DNA from: Phaeosaccion multiseriatum
Taxonomy: Eukaryota > Protista > Ochrophyta, other classes
Direction of reading: 5' to 3'
NCBI GenBank assembly: GCA_965112735.1
Contig: OZ218961.1
Span: forward strand, 1,302,001 to 1,366,000
DNA: 64,000 nucleotides
Both the position numbers and the translations under genes were made by a program. How positions within the stretch are numbered: the stretch's first letter is position 1; each line of letters begins with the position of its first letter. The notes under the pieces were generated by a model. That model made no database searches. It was not told where the DNA came from and was given only the letters and a program-made list of their open reading frames with translations. This document shows, piece by piece, positions 38,584 through 50,563 of this stretch.

Positions 38584-39938
38584 TGATGGTGATGAAGACG
38601 AGTCGAGGAGATGAGGTGACTGTAGCCCAGCTACGGTGTCAAGGAGTGGTCGCACTGTATGGACCGGCGCTTTGGCGGGGTTGGCGGAGTCTTGATGGAT
38701 GGGTGTAACGAGCGCTCTGGGATCTGAAGAGGCCAAAGTTAGCGACGCAGAAGCGCTCTGGGCTGTGGCTGTGGCGTCCGAAAAGAAACGGCCCAAAAAG
38801 GCGGTTGTACAATGGTTACAGATTTGAGACAGCAAGTAACACACGCTACAGATATATAGCGTTATCGGCGGGGCTCGCAGTGAGAGATAAGAGGGGAGTC
38901 TGATCTAGCCACCTCCCATTGCAAATTCAAGTGAAGCTTGTGTGAAAAAGCGACTGGGGATGTATGTGTATACGAGTAGAGTTCAAAGCATGTCGAAATT
39001 ACAAAAGCGAAGGCAGCCAAGTGCTTGCTCTGTTCGCTCCTCCCCCCTTCCTTGGCTTGTTGCCATTCCTCCCATTACCCATCCCTGTCCAGCTCAGCCC
39101 ATCAGACTGGCTGGCTGCTCCTCGCCGGACTGTTTCTCACTGGACTACTCCTGTTAGGGCAGAAGCGAGGGCCCCACTCTCCCACTCACTCCTGCACTCA
39201 CACACCGCCACCGCCACACACCCGCCGAATCCATTCAATGGTCCCATACTCGTATCCTCCCCTCCCTCCCGCCCTTGAAGAAATAGACTCTCGCCTCGCC
39301 TCTGCTCCTTCTTCCCCCCTCTCAAACCTCCTCCTCCTACTGGCGACAGCTCCTCTGTACTGCTGCGATTACTCCGCTGCTTCTGCTGCTGCCGAGGCTC
39401 CCTCCTAACCCATACACCTACAGCTGCCCCAAACACCTATCTACGGCTGCCCCCTCCCCTCCCTCCACCACTTAGCACACCCGGTTGGTCTTCTCTCCGC
39501 TGAGACGGTGCGTTGCGTCCGATCCAAGTGAGTGGAGCCGCCCAAGGTCCTTGCTCGCGGCGGCGGCGCCCCTCTCCTGCAACCCCTTGGGTTTCTTCCT
39601 CGCCTGCCAATGGGGGTGGTGTTGTCGGTGGAATGTGTGTTTGTGTGTGTGTGAGAGAGATAGAGAGACAGAGAGAGTGAGAGAGAGAGTGCGTGTCTAT
39701 GGCTGTGTCTGTGTGCCGTTGTGCGCGTGCGTGTGTGTGTGTGTGCGTGTGTGTGTGTGTGTGTCCAGAGCCGACCTGTGCACAAGGCAAGGCGAACCCG
39801 CGAAGCAAACAACCCGGGCGTAGACTTCGCACTCACATACGCAAACACACATGCACGCGCCCTCGCACGCACGCACGCACGTACACACACAAGCACGCAC
39901 ACACACACACACGCACTCACGCACGCATGCACACGCAC

Positions 39939-42265
39939 CGGCGTCTCCAGCTCGAGGGGAGTGGTGGGGTGCTGCTGGAAGAAGGAGAAGGCGGCGAGGA
40001 TGTCGCTCATCAACACTTCCGCCAAGTCACGCGAGAAGTTCGCCTTCACCACCACCCGCATGATGGCCTGGGGGGAGGAGGGGGGTGAATGGGTATGAGT
40101 GAGTGAGGAGAGGCAGCGAGAGGGAGGGAGGGAGGGAGGAGAGAGGGACAGGGAGGGAAGGAGTGAGAGAAGGAGGGAGGGAGAGGAGGCGACGAAGAGA
40201 GGGACAAAGAGAGGGGGAAAGGAGAGGGAGGGAAGGAAGGAGTGAAGGTCATTGCGCCAGGGTGCTGGATGAAAGTAGAGCACTCATGGCACGAAGCTCT
40301 GAGCATCATGACCGGCTCATGCCATGCCCTGTGGAGAGTCCTCTTGCGCCTTCGCCCACCCTCTCATCCACACCCACGCACGCACCCACGCACCCACGCA
40401 CCCACGCTCTCACGCACCCACGCACCCACGCTCTCACGCACCCACGCACCCACGCTCTCATGCACCCACGCACCCACGCTCTCACGCACCCACGCACCCA
40501 CGCACCCACACACCCACGCACGCACCCACGCACAAACACACACCCTCGCACAAACACACACACCATGTCAGTGGCGCCCTGTGGGCACGTGTAGGCCGGA
40601 ACTATCCAGCCCTTGTTGCGAAGCTTGTCCTGGAGGTCGAATACGCTGCAGTTGGCGCCAGTGGTGAGACTCCACGCCACCACGGGGATGTGCGCCTTGT
40701 CCACGATGGTCACCATGCCCTGAGGGGTAAGAGGGAGGGAGGGATGGAGGGAGGGGGTGTTTCCCATCCAGTACTTATGCTGTAAGTCAAGCCATCCAAT
40801 GTCATCCTTTGAAGGGAGTGCTTGTGTGCTCACCGTCTTGACGAGCGACGAGCGCAAGAACTCGGCATTCTCCTGAGTGCGGCGCGTCGCAGCGGCGGGC
40901 AAGGGGGGAGGAGCGTGAAGGGAGGGAAATGTCGTGGGTGAGAAGCCAGTGGGGGGGGGGTTGGCCAACAAAGAGGAGGGGCAAAGGCATGATTGGAGCT
41001 GCTCACTCACTCACACACTCAATCGCTCATCACTCACTCAACCCTCGCTCAATCACTCACGCATGCACTCACTCACTCACTCACTCACTCACTCACCCAC
41101 TCACCCACTCACCCACTCACCCACTCACCCACTCACCCACTCACCCACTCACTCACTCACACTCACTCACTTAATCACTCACCCACTCACCCACTCACCC
41201 AGTCACTCACTGTCTCACTCACACACCCGCTCACCCACTCACACAGTCACTCACTATCTCACTCACACACTCAACCACCCACCCACTCACCATACAGTAC
41301 GCTGATCACATCACGAGAAGAAGAACAGAAGAGCCCCGCCACCGGTAGCGAGAGAAGCGAGAGAAAGAGGGAGAGTAACAAGGGACCGGTGAAGGTGCGA
41401 CACAAGTGAACAGGAGTGGTCAGGAGGGATTGACCGACCTCCACTGAAAGTCGGGCAAGAAGGAGCCTTCATCTCCACTCGTTTGAGCAGAAAATGCCAC
41501 CAAAGCAGCTCAGTTAAGGAAGAGAGAGAGAGAGGAGCTGTGAGGTGCGTGAAACTGTATGCTATGCAGATTGCTGTTGGCCCTGGCACAAGCAGGTCGG
41601 TTTCTAGTAGTCGTACTGGCAGTCGTGTACGGGTAGTGGCCGTCGCCACCACAGACGGCAAAGTTGACTGCACCGTTGTAGTCTTAATTACATCTCGACA
41701 GCACAAGAAAGGACGCAAGTAAGCAAGAAAGTGGTGAGTGGTGTCAGGACGCACCATGACTTGGAAATACCCGGACTTGCCCAAGCTTGTCATGGAAGTC
41801 GACGCAGTGCAGCACAGCACAGCACAGCACAGCAGTTGGTGATACAGCAGACGGAAGGACAGGTATGTAGGGCCGCAGAGCCAGAGACGAAACGCACACG
41901 CAACAAACGCGTAGAGAGGGAGACAGAGAGAGAGGGGGGAAGGTAAGGGGAAAAGCTTCGAGTGGGGTCCGAGGACCATCGCGCTTCACAGGACCTCGGC
42001 TCGGAAACTGCAACTCGCCACTTCCATCCAGTGCCATCCAGCGTTGCCCTCTGACACTCCGCACTGACTGATCGACTCTTTGGTGTTCAGTAATTCACTC
42101 GCTTAACTCGCTCACGCAGCCCCTCAGTCAGTGAGTCAGGCAGCAAGTCAGGCAGTGAGTCATTCAGTCCGTCACTGACTTACCGGATGAAGTTGTAGTA
42201 CTGTGCGACGATGTTGCCGGAGCTTTTAGAGAAATTGAGCGTGAGGGACGCCTGGTCACCTCTCA
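39939..42265 (-). pseudogene. GAD: Glutamate decarboxylase 3' exons, copy C
   Basis: Same exon set; preceded upstream by non-GAD exons. Confidence 0.85.
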
Positions 42266-42429
42266 CTGGGACAGATGGCAGTAGATGGGCGGATAGAAAG
42301 ATGGTGATGTACACAGAGAGCATTCATAGAGAGCACAGGGAGAGACAGGACAGATGAGAGGAGATGAGACGACATGCACATACCCCACCCACCCACGCAC
42401 CGACGCACTCGCCCACCCACCCGCCGACC

Positions 42430-45255
42430 CACCAAACCAACCCAACATTTGCAACGACCTTGCTGGCCTCCACAAGATTGAAGTCGTTCGGGGTGGTAGA
42501 GAGACTTGCAAATGAGCATGTTAAGGTGTAGCACATGGGCCTTGAGGAGATGCCCACTTTCGTCCTTGGAGGACTCTGGAAGGCCTCCCAGAACCTCTGT
42601 GATCACTAACCTAGTGATGCATGCCCCCAAGGAGAGAGAGGGAGGGAGGGGACTTGATAATAGAGCAAATGCCATGGTAGATAGAGGGTGACGGTAGACT
42701 CAAAGGGGCTGTGCACCACGTGAGCGACACACAGAAGCACCACCCTGCAGGGGACACAGCCAGGTACACACACATGCACGCCCGTACGCACACACGCTTT
42801 CGCACCTGCAGCTGCTCCATAACAAGCGGGTCGTGCCTGAGCTTCTCCCTCTCTCGCTTGCAGTACGGGTGGTCAAAGGCGACATTGCCTTCGTCTCGAA
42901 GGCCTGTGCGAGGAGACGAAGAAGAGAAGAGAGTCGTTGTTCAAGAAGAAGAGAAGAGAGTCGTTGTTCTGGTGGGCTCAGACTCCCCTCGTTCCAGAGC
43001 GGCCCGTTCCCCAGTCTTCCGGCAACTTCGCCACCATGTCCTCGTGACCCAGATACATCTGCTTGACCTCCCCCTCGTCTCCAGTGTGCGTGCGGACGCC
43101 CACGACCATGATGCGTGTCCCATCATGGATCCTTGTGTCCCTCCCCACCCTGCCCAACAGCTCGTTCAGCGGGTTCAGATTGGGGTGGCACATGTTCACC
43201 TTGAGCTCCCGACGACAGGAGAACCGTGGTGCTTCCAAACCACCGGCACGTTGCCAGTCCGCTTCGGGTCCTCCCGCTTCATGAGGCCGGTCCACTGGGG
43301 GGTGTTGGTGTCGTCCCACTCCCCAATGTAGCACACGGAGAGCATGTTGCACTTCCTCAGCCGCAGAGGTTCGACGCTGCCTTGTCCCACGACAGACTCG
43401 TAAGTGACCCCCCCCCCCTCCAGCAACCCCACACACTCCGACACTTCTTCGGCTGTCAGCCTGTACTCTGTGTACTTGCCCTCCACCCATGTCGTGCGGA
43501 TGCCGCGCACGGCCTCTCCCCCCCCCCCCGCTCTCCCTCTCCCCCTTGCTGCTCTCCCTCTCCCTGCTGCTCTCCCTCTCCCTGCTGCTCTCCCTCTGCC
43601 CCGCCTCGTACACGCGCATGCCCGCCACACACACGGACTCGTTCGCCAGCCGCCGCCGCAACGTCGTCCAAGGGGTTTTGAGGTTGAAAACAAACCTCAC
43701 GGCGGACATGGGAGCGTCCTTTCCCTTCGCCACCATCACCTGCACGGACCCGGAGCCCGCCTTGAGGTTCATGGTCGTCTCCTGTGTGTCCGTCTTGAGC
43801 ATGGCTCGCGCCACGTCCGTCCACACTGGGGACGAGTCCATCTTGCACACTGTCTCCAGCTGTACGCGTGGCCCGGTCTTGTCCAGGAAAGGGCGGGCGC
43901 GGGCGCCTGTGTATAGTGTAGACGGGGGGAGCAGGGACACATCAATTCCTCAGACGCGGCACCAGCAGGGCAACAACAAGGGGAGTAGGTACTCGCTGCC
44001 CCCGCACTTACTTCTCTCAACCATGCTGAGGCCGGTCGCGGTGCCTTTCCGACCGTCAGCTCCCTTGGCGCAGGTAGCTACGCCACATCCGCCGGCTTGA
44101 GCTCTGCTCTGGGTGAGGCGGCCCGGAAGATGGAAAGCGAGGGGGAAGAGCTCGTACCCACCATCATTTGCCGCACTTCGCTCGGGGAAAGTGCAGTTGG
44201 CCACGTCACTCGGCCAGAACGCTCACGTCATCATGGCCGCCTGAGTGCATCAGATGCACACAGGCGGCGATGATGATGTGCATGTCCTGGCCGAGTGACG
44301 TGGCCAACTGCACCTTCCCCGAGCGAAGTGCGTCACCCGATCCGACGACGCGGTGCAAGAGCAGTGCGCAGGTCACCGGCGACACGTGCCCATGGCCCCC
44401 CACCGAAAGAGTCACCCCCGCTACCTCCACCTCTGTGCGGGCCTGGCGGACGAGAGGCGGACGAGAGCACCCTCCTCCCCCGCCTGCAGGAAGACTCCTA
44501 GTCGCTGGTCTCCGCCCTTCTCTTCCCTCCTCGCCCTCCCTACAGCCTCCTCCGCAGCAGCACGCCGAATCACCGCATCCACGGTGCCTTGCACCTGCTG
44601 CTGCAGCTCAGGTGCCAGACTTTCTCGTCGGTTGGCCAGCACGTCCAGGGCCTCCACAAGGCCAGCGTCATAAGCGGATCCTTCTTCCTTGTCTTGCTTG
44701 CCGTCTTGCTGCTGCTGCTGCTGCTGGTGGTGGTGGTGGTGGTGGTGCTGCTGCTGCTGCTGCTGCTGAGGGGAGTCTTGGCTCGGCCCTTTCCCTTCTT
44801 AGAGCTGCTCGTCGTGCTGCTGCTGCTGGGGCTGGTAGTGCTGCTGCTGCTGTTGCTGCTGTTGCTGCTGCTGCTGAGGGGAGTCTTGGCGCGACCCTTT
44901 CCCTTCTCAGAGCTGCTCGTCGTGCTGCTGCTGCCGCTGTCGGACCCTCCACTGTCTCTCTCATCTTCATCGGTGCTTGTACTTGGATCAATCACGCCCG
45001 ATGTAGGAGCTGTAGACGCGAGTGAGCTCATGCGAGTGGTGAGGTCAATCGTTGCCGCTGGAACTCCTGGGGCGGGGGTCAGGTAGATGATGACTAGTGA
45101 GAGCACGCGAAGCAAGGAGAAGCGAGCTGGAGAGGGATCGAGCAGGCAGAGGAGCGGCTAGAGAAAGAGAAGGGAAGGGGAGAGACCACGTCACAGACCG
45201 AGAGGGGGGGGATAGCTACCTGGGCGTCGGAGGCGTCTTCACTCGTGTCCATCTG
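42430..45255 (-). pseudogene. Frameshifted gene of unknown family, apparently running into GAD copy C
   Basis: Protein-like segments switch frames (EALDVLANRRESLAPEL..., VRFVFNLKTPWTTLRRRL..., WVEGKYTEYRLT..., GLRDEGNVAFDHPYCKRE...LQ|gtgcga). Contains fold-back 3. Confidence 0.5.
44172..44332. repeat. Fold-back 3: 80-bp arms around a single central base (pre-miRNA-sized hairpin)
   Basis: 44172-44251 vs 44253-44332, about 8 mismatches, no indels. Confidence 0.93.
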
Positions 45256-45714
45256 GAGAGAGAGAGAGAGGGAGAGACGAGGCACCACCAGCCAGCCACG
45301 GCCGGCCGCAACCAGTCAGTTGGCTGGGGGCAGAGCTTGACTAGAGTGGATGTGTGAGGAAGGATCTATCCTGCCAATATCCCTCGCTCGCTCCCTCCTC
45401 CCTCTCTCAATTTCCAAAGGCCCTTTCTCCCTCTCCCTTGCTCGTCCTGGCCTGGCTGCTTACCTCGTCCCCTGGCTGAGCCTGCTGTCGCAGCCACCCC
45501 TGCCCTTCTTGCATAAAGACCTTGACATCACTCCCAGCCCCTCAAAAGGGTTCTAATGCCTCAGTATGAACGTGACGTGTGACGCGTTACAAGAGACAGA
45601 ATGCCCGTGGTTCATTGACTTCTTGGGTCGCCGAAGCTTTATGATTTTTCTTTAGGCCTTGTAGGCTGTGGCAATCTCCTATGACCTCTCTTCGTTAAGT
45701 GAGCAAAGTGAAGT

Positions 45715-45953
45715 TCGACGCTGACGTGATTCTGAGGGAGGCGTGATTCGTGATTCTGTGCACCGCTACAGGCGTGATGCGTGCTTCTCGGTGGTGCGCC
45801 TTAGAAATAAGGCCATGAATGACATCATGGTGCGTAATAACATGTCAGGGAAACGTGATTCGTGATTCTGGCGGCCGCCGGAGGCGTGGTTCACCGCTAC
45901 AGGCGTGATTCGTGCTTCTCGGCGCCCTCCGTCAGAATCACGTCAGGGGTCGA
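45715..45953. mobile_element. MITE-like element, 239 bp, imperfect ~30-bp TIRs, 6-bp TSD TGAAGT
   Basis: Left end tcgacgctgacgtgattctgagggagg; right end reverse complement tcgacccctgacgtgattctgacggagg. TGAAGT at 45709-45714 and 45954-45959. Internal CGTGATT repeats. Confidence 0.75.
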
Positions 45954-46055
45954 TGAAGTGCTGTATAATTGGGGCTTTTGCTGTTCCAATAATTGGAGCG
46001 ACAAAGCAAGGACGCCCCGCTCCCTCCAGGTGCATCCCGTCACCAACTGCTACTC

Positions 46056-47636
46056 TCATTCTCCCTCCCTCCCCCCCCCTATGCTGCTGGTCGGATAGGC
46101 CTTCTTGAAAGGTCGGCCCATGGACCCGAGTCCCATTCCTGGGGCAGAGGGAGTTACCTCTACCTCCTCCTCTGCCGGACCGACGGTTGCGTCGTTTAGG
46201 GCAGCAGTGAAGAGCCCGTCGTGCGGGTCGTCTGAAGAGAGCCTCGCCCTCTTGCTTCCCTCCTCCCGCCCCTCCTCTTCCTCTCCCTCTCCTCCACATC
46301 GCTTGGGCCCCGGGGGCTTGGATAGCCAAGTGTAACGGGTGGGACTCCCTCCTCCTCCTGCTGGATGGGTGTCGTCTCCTCGATGCTTCTCCTTGCCCAA
46401 CCCCCTTCCCGCTGCCGCCCGTGCAGGTGCAGCAGCAGCCGTATCACCAACCGCTGCCCCACTTGTCCTGCCATGCCCCCCAGCACGCCTCCCCTCTGTT
46501 GCCTCGCCCTCCCCCCCCTGGGGCTGTGGGTGCTTGCTCTCCCCCTCCTCTTCTTCGCTATCCGATTGCTGCATGCGCGGCTCAACAATGTCCTTCCTTG
46601 GAACACCCGAGGAGGAGACCAGGCTGTTGCTGCTGCTGCCGTTGTCGTTGTGGTGATGATTGTGGTCGTTGTCGTTGCCGGCCACAGAGGGATCTCGAAG
46701 GAGTGTTTGAGGTCGTGTGTGCTCGGTCACCGGTTGCCTTGCGTGATTTTCGAGGCTAGAGAGCTCACCCTCAATGTATTGCGCAAGCCTCCCGAGGGAT
46801 TCGCTGTTCAAATTTGCAGTCACGTCCACGAGAGACACAGGCGGGTGCTCCACGCCCCCCCCCGGCACCGCAGCAGAAGCAGAGCCCCCTGAGTAGGGCC
46901 ACGTGAAGGACGGCGGCGAGTGTATCCCTTCGAGAGCGGCGGTGAAGGAGGAGCCACCGCTTGCCGCTGCGGTGAATGAAGACGAAGACTCCCCCCTTGC
47001 GTGTTCAAGGCTGGAGAGCTCACCCTCAATGTGATGCGCAAGCCTCTCCAAGGATTCGCGGTTCATTTGGGCAGTCACGTCCTCGAGAGACACAGGAGGG
47101 TGCTCCACGCCCCCCCCCGGTGCCGCAGCAGCTGCAGCCACAACCCCCGTGAAGGACAGCGGCGAGTGTATTCCTTTCCGCAGGGCGGTGGTGAAGGAGG
47201 AGCCAGCGCTGGTCGCTGCGGTGAATGAAGACGAAGACTCCCTCCTTCCGTGTTCGAGGCTGGAGAGCTCACCCTCAATGTAATGCGCAAATCTCTCCAG
47301 GGATTCGCGGTTCATGTGGGCAGTCACGTCTCCGAGAGAGAGGGAGGAAGGCTCCACGCCCCGCCTCCCCGGCGACGCACCAGGTGCAGGCACACCAACC
47401 CCCCCCGAGTCGGGCCATGTGAAGGACAGCAGCGAGTGTAACCCTTTGAGGGCAGCAGTGAAGGAGGAGCCACCGCTGGCCGCTGCGGTGAATGAAGACT
47501 CCCTCCCGCTCTCCTTCCCGCCGCTGGGCTTGGCCCGAAGCAGCACGGGTGCGCTGGGCTCAATGTCCGAGCCTTTCCTGCAGAATTGGCTTGCTGCCCC
47601 TGCTGCAGTGGCCTTGACGTCCTCCACCACACCCAT
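46056..47636 (-). CDS. Hypothetical protein with three ~83-85-aa tandem repeats
   Basis: Long ORF. Repeat SFTAAASGGSSFTAAL...VTAxMNRESLERLAHxIEGELSSLEH with in-frame periods of 255 and 249 nt. Confidence 0.5.
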   Translation of the reverse strand: MGVVEDVKATAAGAASQFCRKGSDIEPSAPVLLRAKPSGGKESGRESSFTAAASGGSSFTAALKGLHSLLSFTWPDSGGVGVPAPGASPGRRGVEPSSLSLGDVTAHMNRESLERFAHYIEGELSSLEHGRRESSSSFTAATSAGSSFTTALRKGIHSPLSFTGVVAAAAAAPGGGVEHPPVSLEDVTAQMNRESLERLAHHIEGELSSLEHARGESSSSFTAAASGGSSFTAALEGIHSPPSFTWPYSGGSASAAVPGGGVEHPPVSLVDVTANLNSESLGRLAQYIEGELSSLENHARQPVTEHTRPQTLLRDPSVAGNDNDHNHHHNDNGSSSNSLVSSSGVPRKDIVEPRMQQSDSEEEEGESKHPQPQGGEGEATEGRRAGGHGRTSGAAVGDTAAAAPARAAAGRGLGKEKHRGDDTHPAGGGGSPTRYTWLSKPPGPKRCGGEGEEEEGREEGSKRARLSSDDPHDGLFTAALNDATVGPAEEEVEVTPSAPGMGLGSMGRPFKKAYPTSSIGGGREGE

Positions 47637-50563
47637 CAGTAGGGATACTCGGCTGTCTCCTCCTGGGATTGCACGGCTTTCTTCATTTTTGGAAGTTACA
47701 GAGGGAAATTCGGAGCCGAACCCAAGCCCCGCGGCGCCCTTGTATGTCAATTAACCGCCCTGGATGTCAGTAGGACCGAAATTTTCAGTCAATTTTTTTT
47801 CATCGGCTGGGGCGCGTGAGGGAGGAGATGAATACTAGATACAAGGACTATCCCAGACGAAGCGCTTGTGCAAGCTTGAGGAAAACACAGTGAACTCGGG
47901 ATTAGGCAGCTGAGAGCGTGCTCGCAGCAGCTTTGTGGCAAGAATTAGCGGGTGAGCTGCAAAGGTGCGTTTTTCGCCAACCTTGGTTTCGAGAGAGAGA
48001 GAGGACGGAGGGGGGTATACCCATAGAGATCAGCCGTGGGCAAGATAGGATCTCTTCTCCAGGAGTATGCGAAACTTTTCATATGCGTCGCATGCTCTTC
48101 CGCCTCCAGCTCGTCGGCACTTTTGCCCCTGAAGTTAGGGTACTCCACCTTCACAGTTGGATGTCTCTGAGACGTGGACACTGCTCTATTCTACCGATTT
48201 TCAGGGCCCATGAGGGCGTCATCTCGTCCGCAGGACACGTCTGATGACCCCCGTACCGCTGCTGTCCATGGGCGGGGGGCAAGAGGTCTATGGCAGGTCG
48301 TCACCCGAGGTGGCCGAAAAGGTGAGGGCGCACGAGAGGGGGAGAGGGCGTGAGATGGAAGGCTTCGCCTGGCAGTTACGAGCGGGGCAAGAGGGATTAA
48401 CATCACTCATATATAGCCTGGCTTGTGACCAAGTTTTAGCTTCAAAGGTCATAATCCCATGTGCACAATCGCATACGTGTGCTCCCCTCTCTTTTGCCTG
48501 TGAAGGGTCCTTTTTGTGAGGTCATGAGCAGCCGATCCCACGCCCTGTCAGAGCATCGGTCTTGCTCAAGGGGCGTAATACTAACTCCCCTGCCCCCTGT
48601 TATTGCGGGACGTGGGTGGTGGGGCTATCGGGGGGACTTCGACATCTTCTCCCGAGGTCACTGCACAGGTGGCGAAGTATGAGGGTGGAGAGGAAAGGGA
48701 AGGAACCTTCCCGGCAGAGTCAAGGGCGACACAAGGTATGTTGTGGCATCTAGTGTGTGAGTTGTCAGATGTCCAACTTTCAGCTTCAGCGAGCTTAACC
48801 AGACATGGGAAATCACCTCGTGTCCACCTCCCTAATTTTGGCCCCGTCGGTTAGGTCATCACGAGGGTCATTACCGGGGCAGGAGAACGACTGCGGCGAC
48901 CATCCTGCCTCTCTTCAGGGAGCGAGAAGGTAAGGAGCAAGGGGTTCACGAGCGGCAGTGGCCAGACGAGCGGGGGGAAGAGAAGCAGGCGTCCAGATAG
49001 AAGTCAAGCTTATCCGCCTCGTCGTCCACCCCGGGGGACGCCGTTGCTGCACGATCAGCTGCAGCTCCTCTTGGCTACTGCGGATGAGCGTGCTCGTATT
49101 GAAGCCTACCAGCCACGAGTGAGAGAAGCTCAATCAAGCAGCAGCTGGACGCGCCATCGGCTGCCGAGGCGGCCATGGGAGCTGAGCCGGAGAAAGGGGG
49201 GGGGGGTAGCGTGCTGTTGCTGTGGGTGGTGGTGTTCGTCGTGGCACATGGTCGAAAAGCGAGAATGACTCAGGGGCGACAGGACGATGAGCCGCAAGGC
49301 CATACTCAAGTCGCTGACCGCCCTGTATGCAGAGAAAGTGGGGTGGAGGCCGTGGCAGGGGGGTTAGGAGCTGCCAGAGGAGGGCTTGGCGGGCTACCGA
49401 GACGGATTTCGCAGGTAAGACGGAGCCTCGTGCAGCATCTATAGTAGTAGTAGCTGTAGCAGCACCGATAAGGGGAGGAGGGGCAGTGTGTGTACAGTTG
49501 GAGCTGCCCATCCGTGAAATTGGGTTAAAATGACGAATATACACATAGATAGCGTTGTAAATCGCATCCTCGCCAAGGAGAGCATGTAAAGAGTACCAAA
49601 TCGGCGCATGGTCATGAGGTATAGCCTCGCGTTGTATCTGGCCCATATCTATCGTCATACCCTCTCTTCCCCCTCGATCGAGGGTCAGGATGACGACGAA
49701 AAGGGGCCCTTCACACTTGTAAATTCTCTCCCTCACTCTGTAGCTCCTGAAAGGACACTTCGAGCTGCCCAGCACTCAGCAGACTATGTATACCTCAAGT
49801 CTTCTCAAGGGTTTCATATCTCGTGGTCTGCTGGTCGCACACGCTCCTCCCTCTCCTCACCATTTTTGAGGTGAAAACTGCTGCCATATGTGTTTCCATC
49901 TCGCCTCACCCCTTCTGCTCCACAGCACCTGCAATCGCACTCTTAGCTGCTCAACGTCGACTTCCATATGTGGGTCGCAGTCTGCTCAAAGCCATTCCTC
50001 CCTCATGGGCTCTTGCTCGCACACGCTCTTCCCCCACTCCCCCCTTGTTTGAGGCCCAAATTCCCGCCAAAGCAACGGACATTTCAGCTCCACATGTTAG
50101 CCCACTATCTCCTAAGACCGCGCTCCCAGCTTCACATCGGCTATTTGACTACATAATCCGTATTCAGCCCGAAGATTATCACCTCTTGTGTGAGCTACGC
50201 CTCTCTCTTTCTCCCTTGTTCAGGGGCCAAGATCTCGTCAACATAGCAGCACATTTCACCTCCTAAATCGCTCTATACAGACGCAACAATCAGACTTTAA
50301 GCTGCTCAACATCTAGAATACTGTCTTTGCCTCAGATCTCCCGAAGCGCTTCGCCTGTGGTGCTCTGTAGCGTGCGTAATACCTCTTTTCCTGAGCCCAC
50401 TCAAAATGTTGATTCTACTGACATCCAGGGCGGTTAATTGACATACAAGGGCTTCCCTGTTCTGTTGACTTATTACTCCTCCTCCCACCCTGGATCGATC
50501 AACCCTGTGTAGAAGAGAGAAAAAGAAGAAACGAAGCCCTTGCTGCTGCTTCTATTGCGGACC

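Larger units (their letters stand above)
26072..42917. repeat. Tandem segmental duplication, ~6.9-7.0-kb unit (GAD 3' exons + FNIP gene), about 2.4 copies
   Basis: The equivalent exon starts at 26072, 32968 and 39939 (periods 6896 and 6971). Introns and intergenic DNA are also duplicated. Confidence 0.92.

Noticed and set aside
43040-43215. Helitron/Pif1 helicase-like words (ELKV..NLNP..GTRIMV)
   Set aside because: Motif spacing is wrong and no Walker A/B or Rep motifs are present nearby.
47900-50500. Possible degraded retroelement (DHAPIW resembling an endonuclease SDH motif)
   Set aside because: A single short motif among many stops, with no RT or other supporting motifs; left unannotated.
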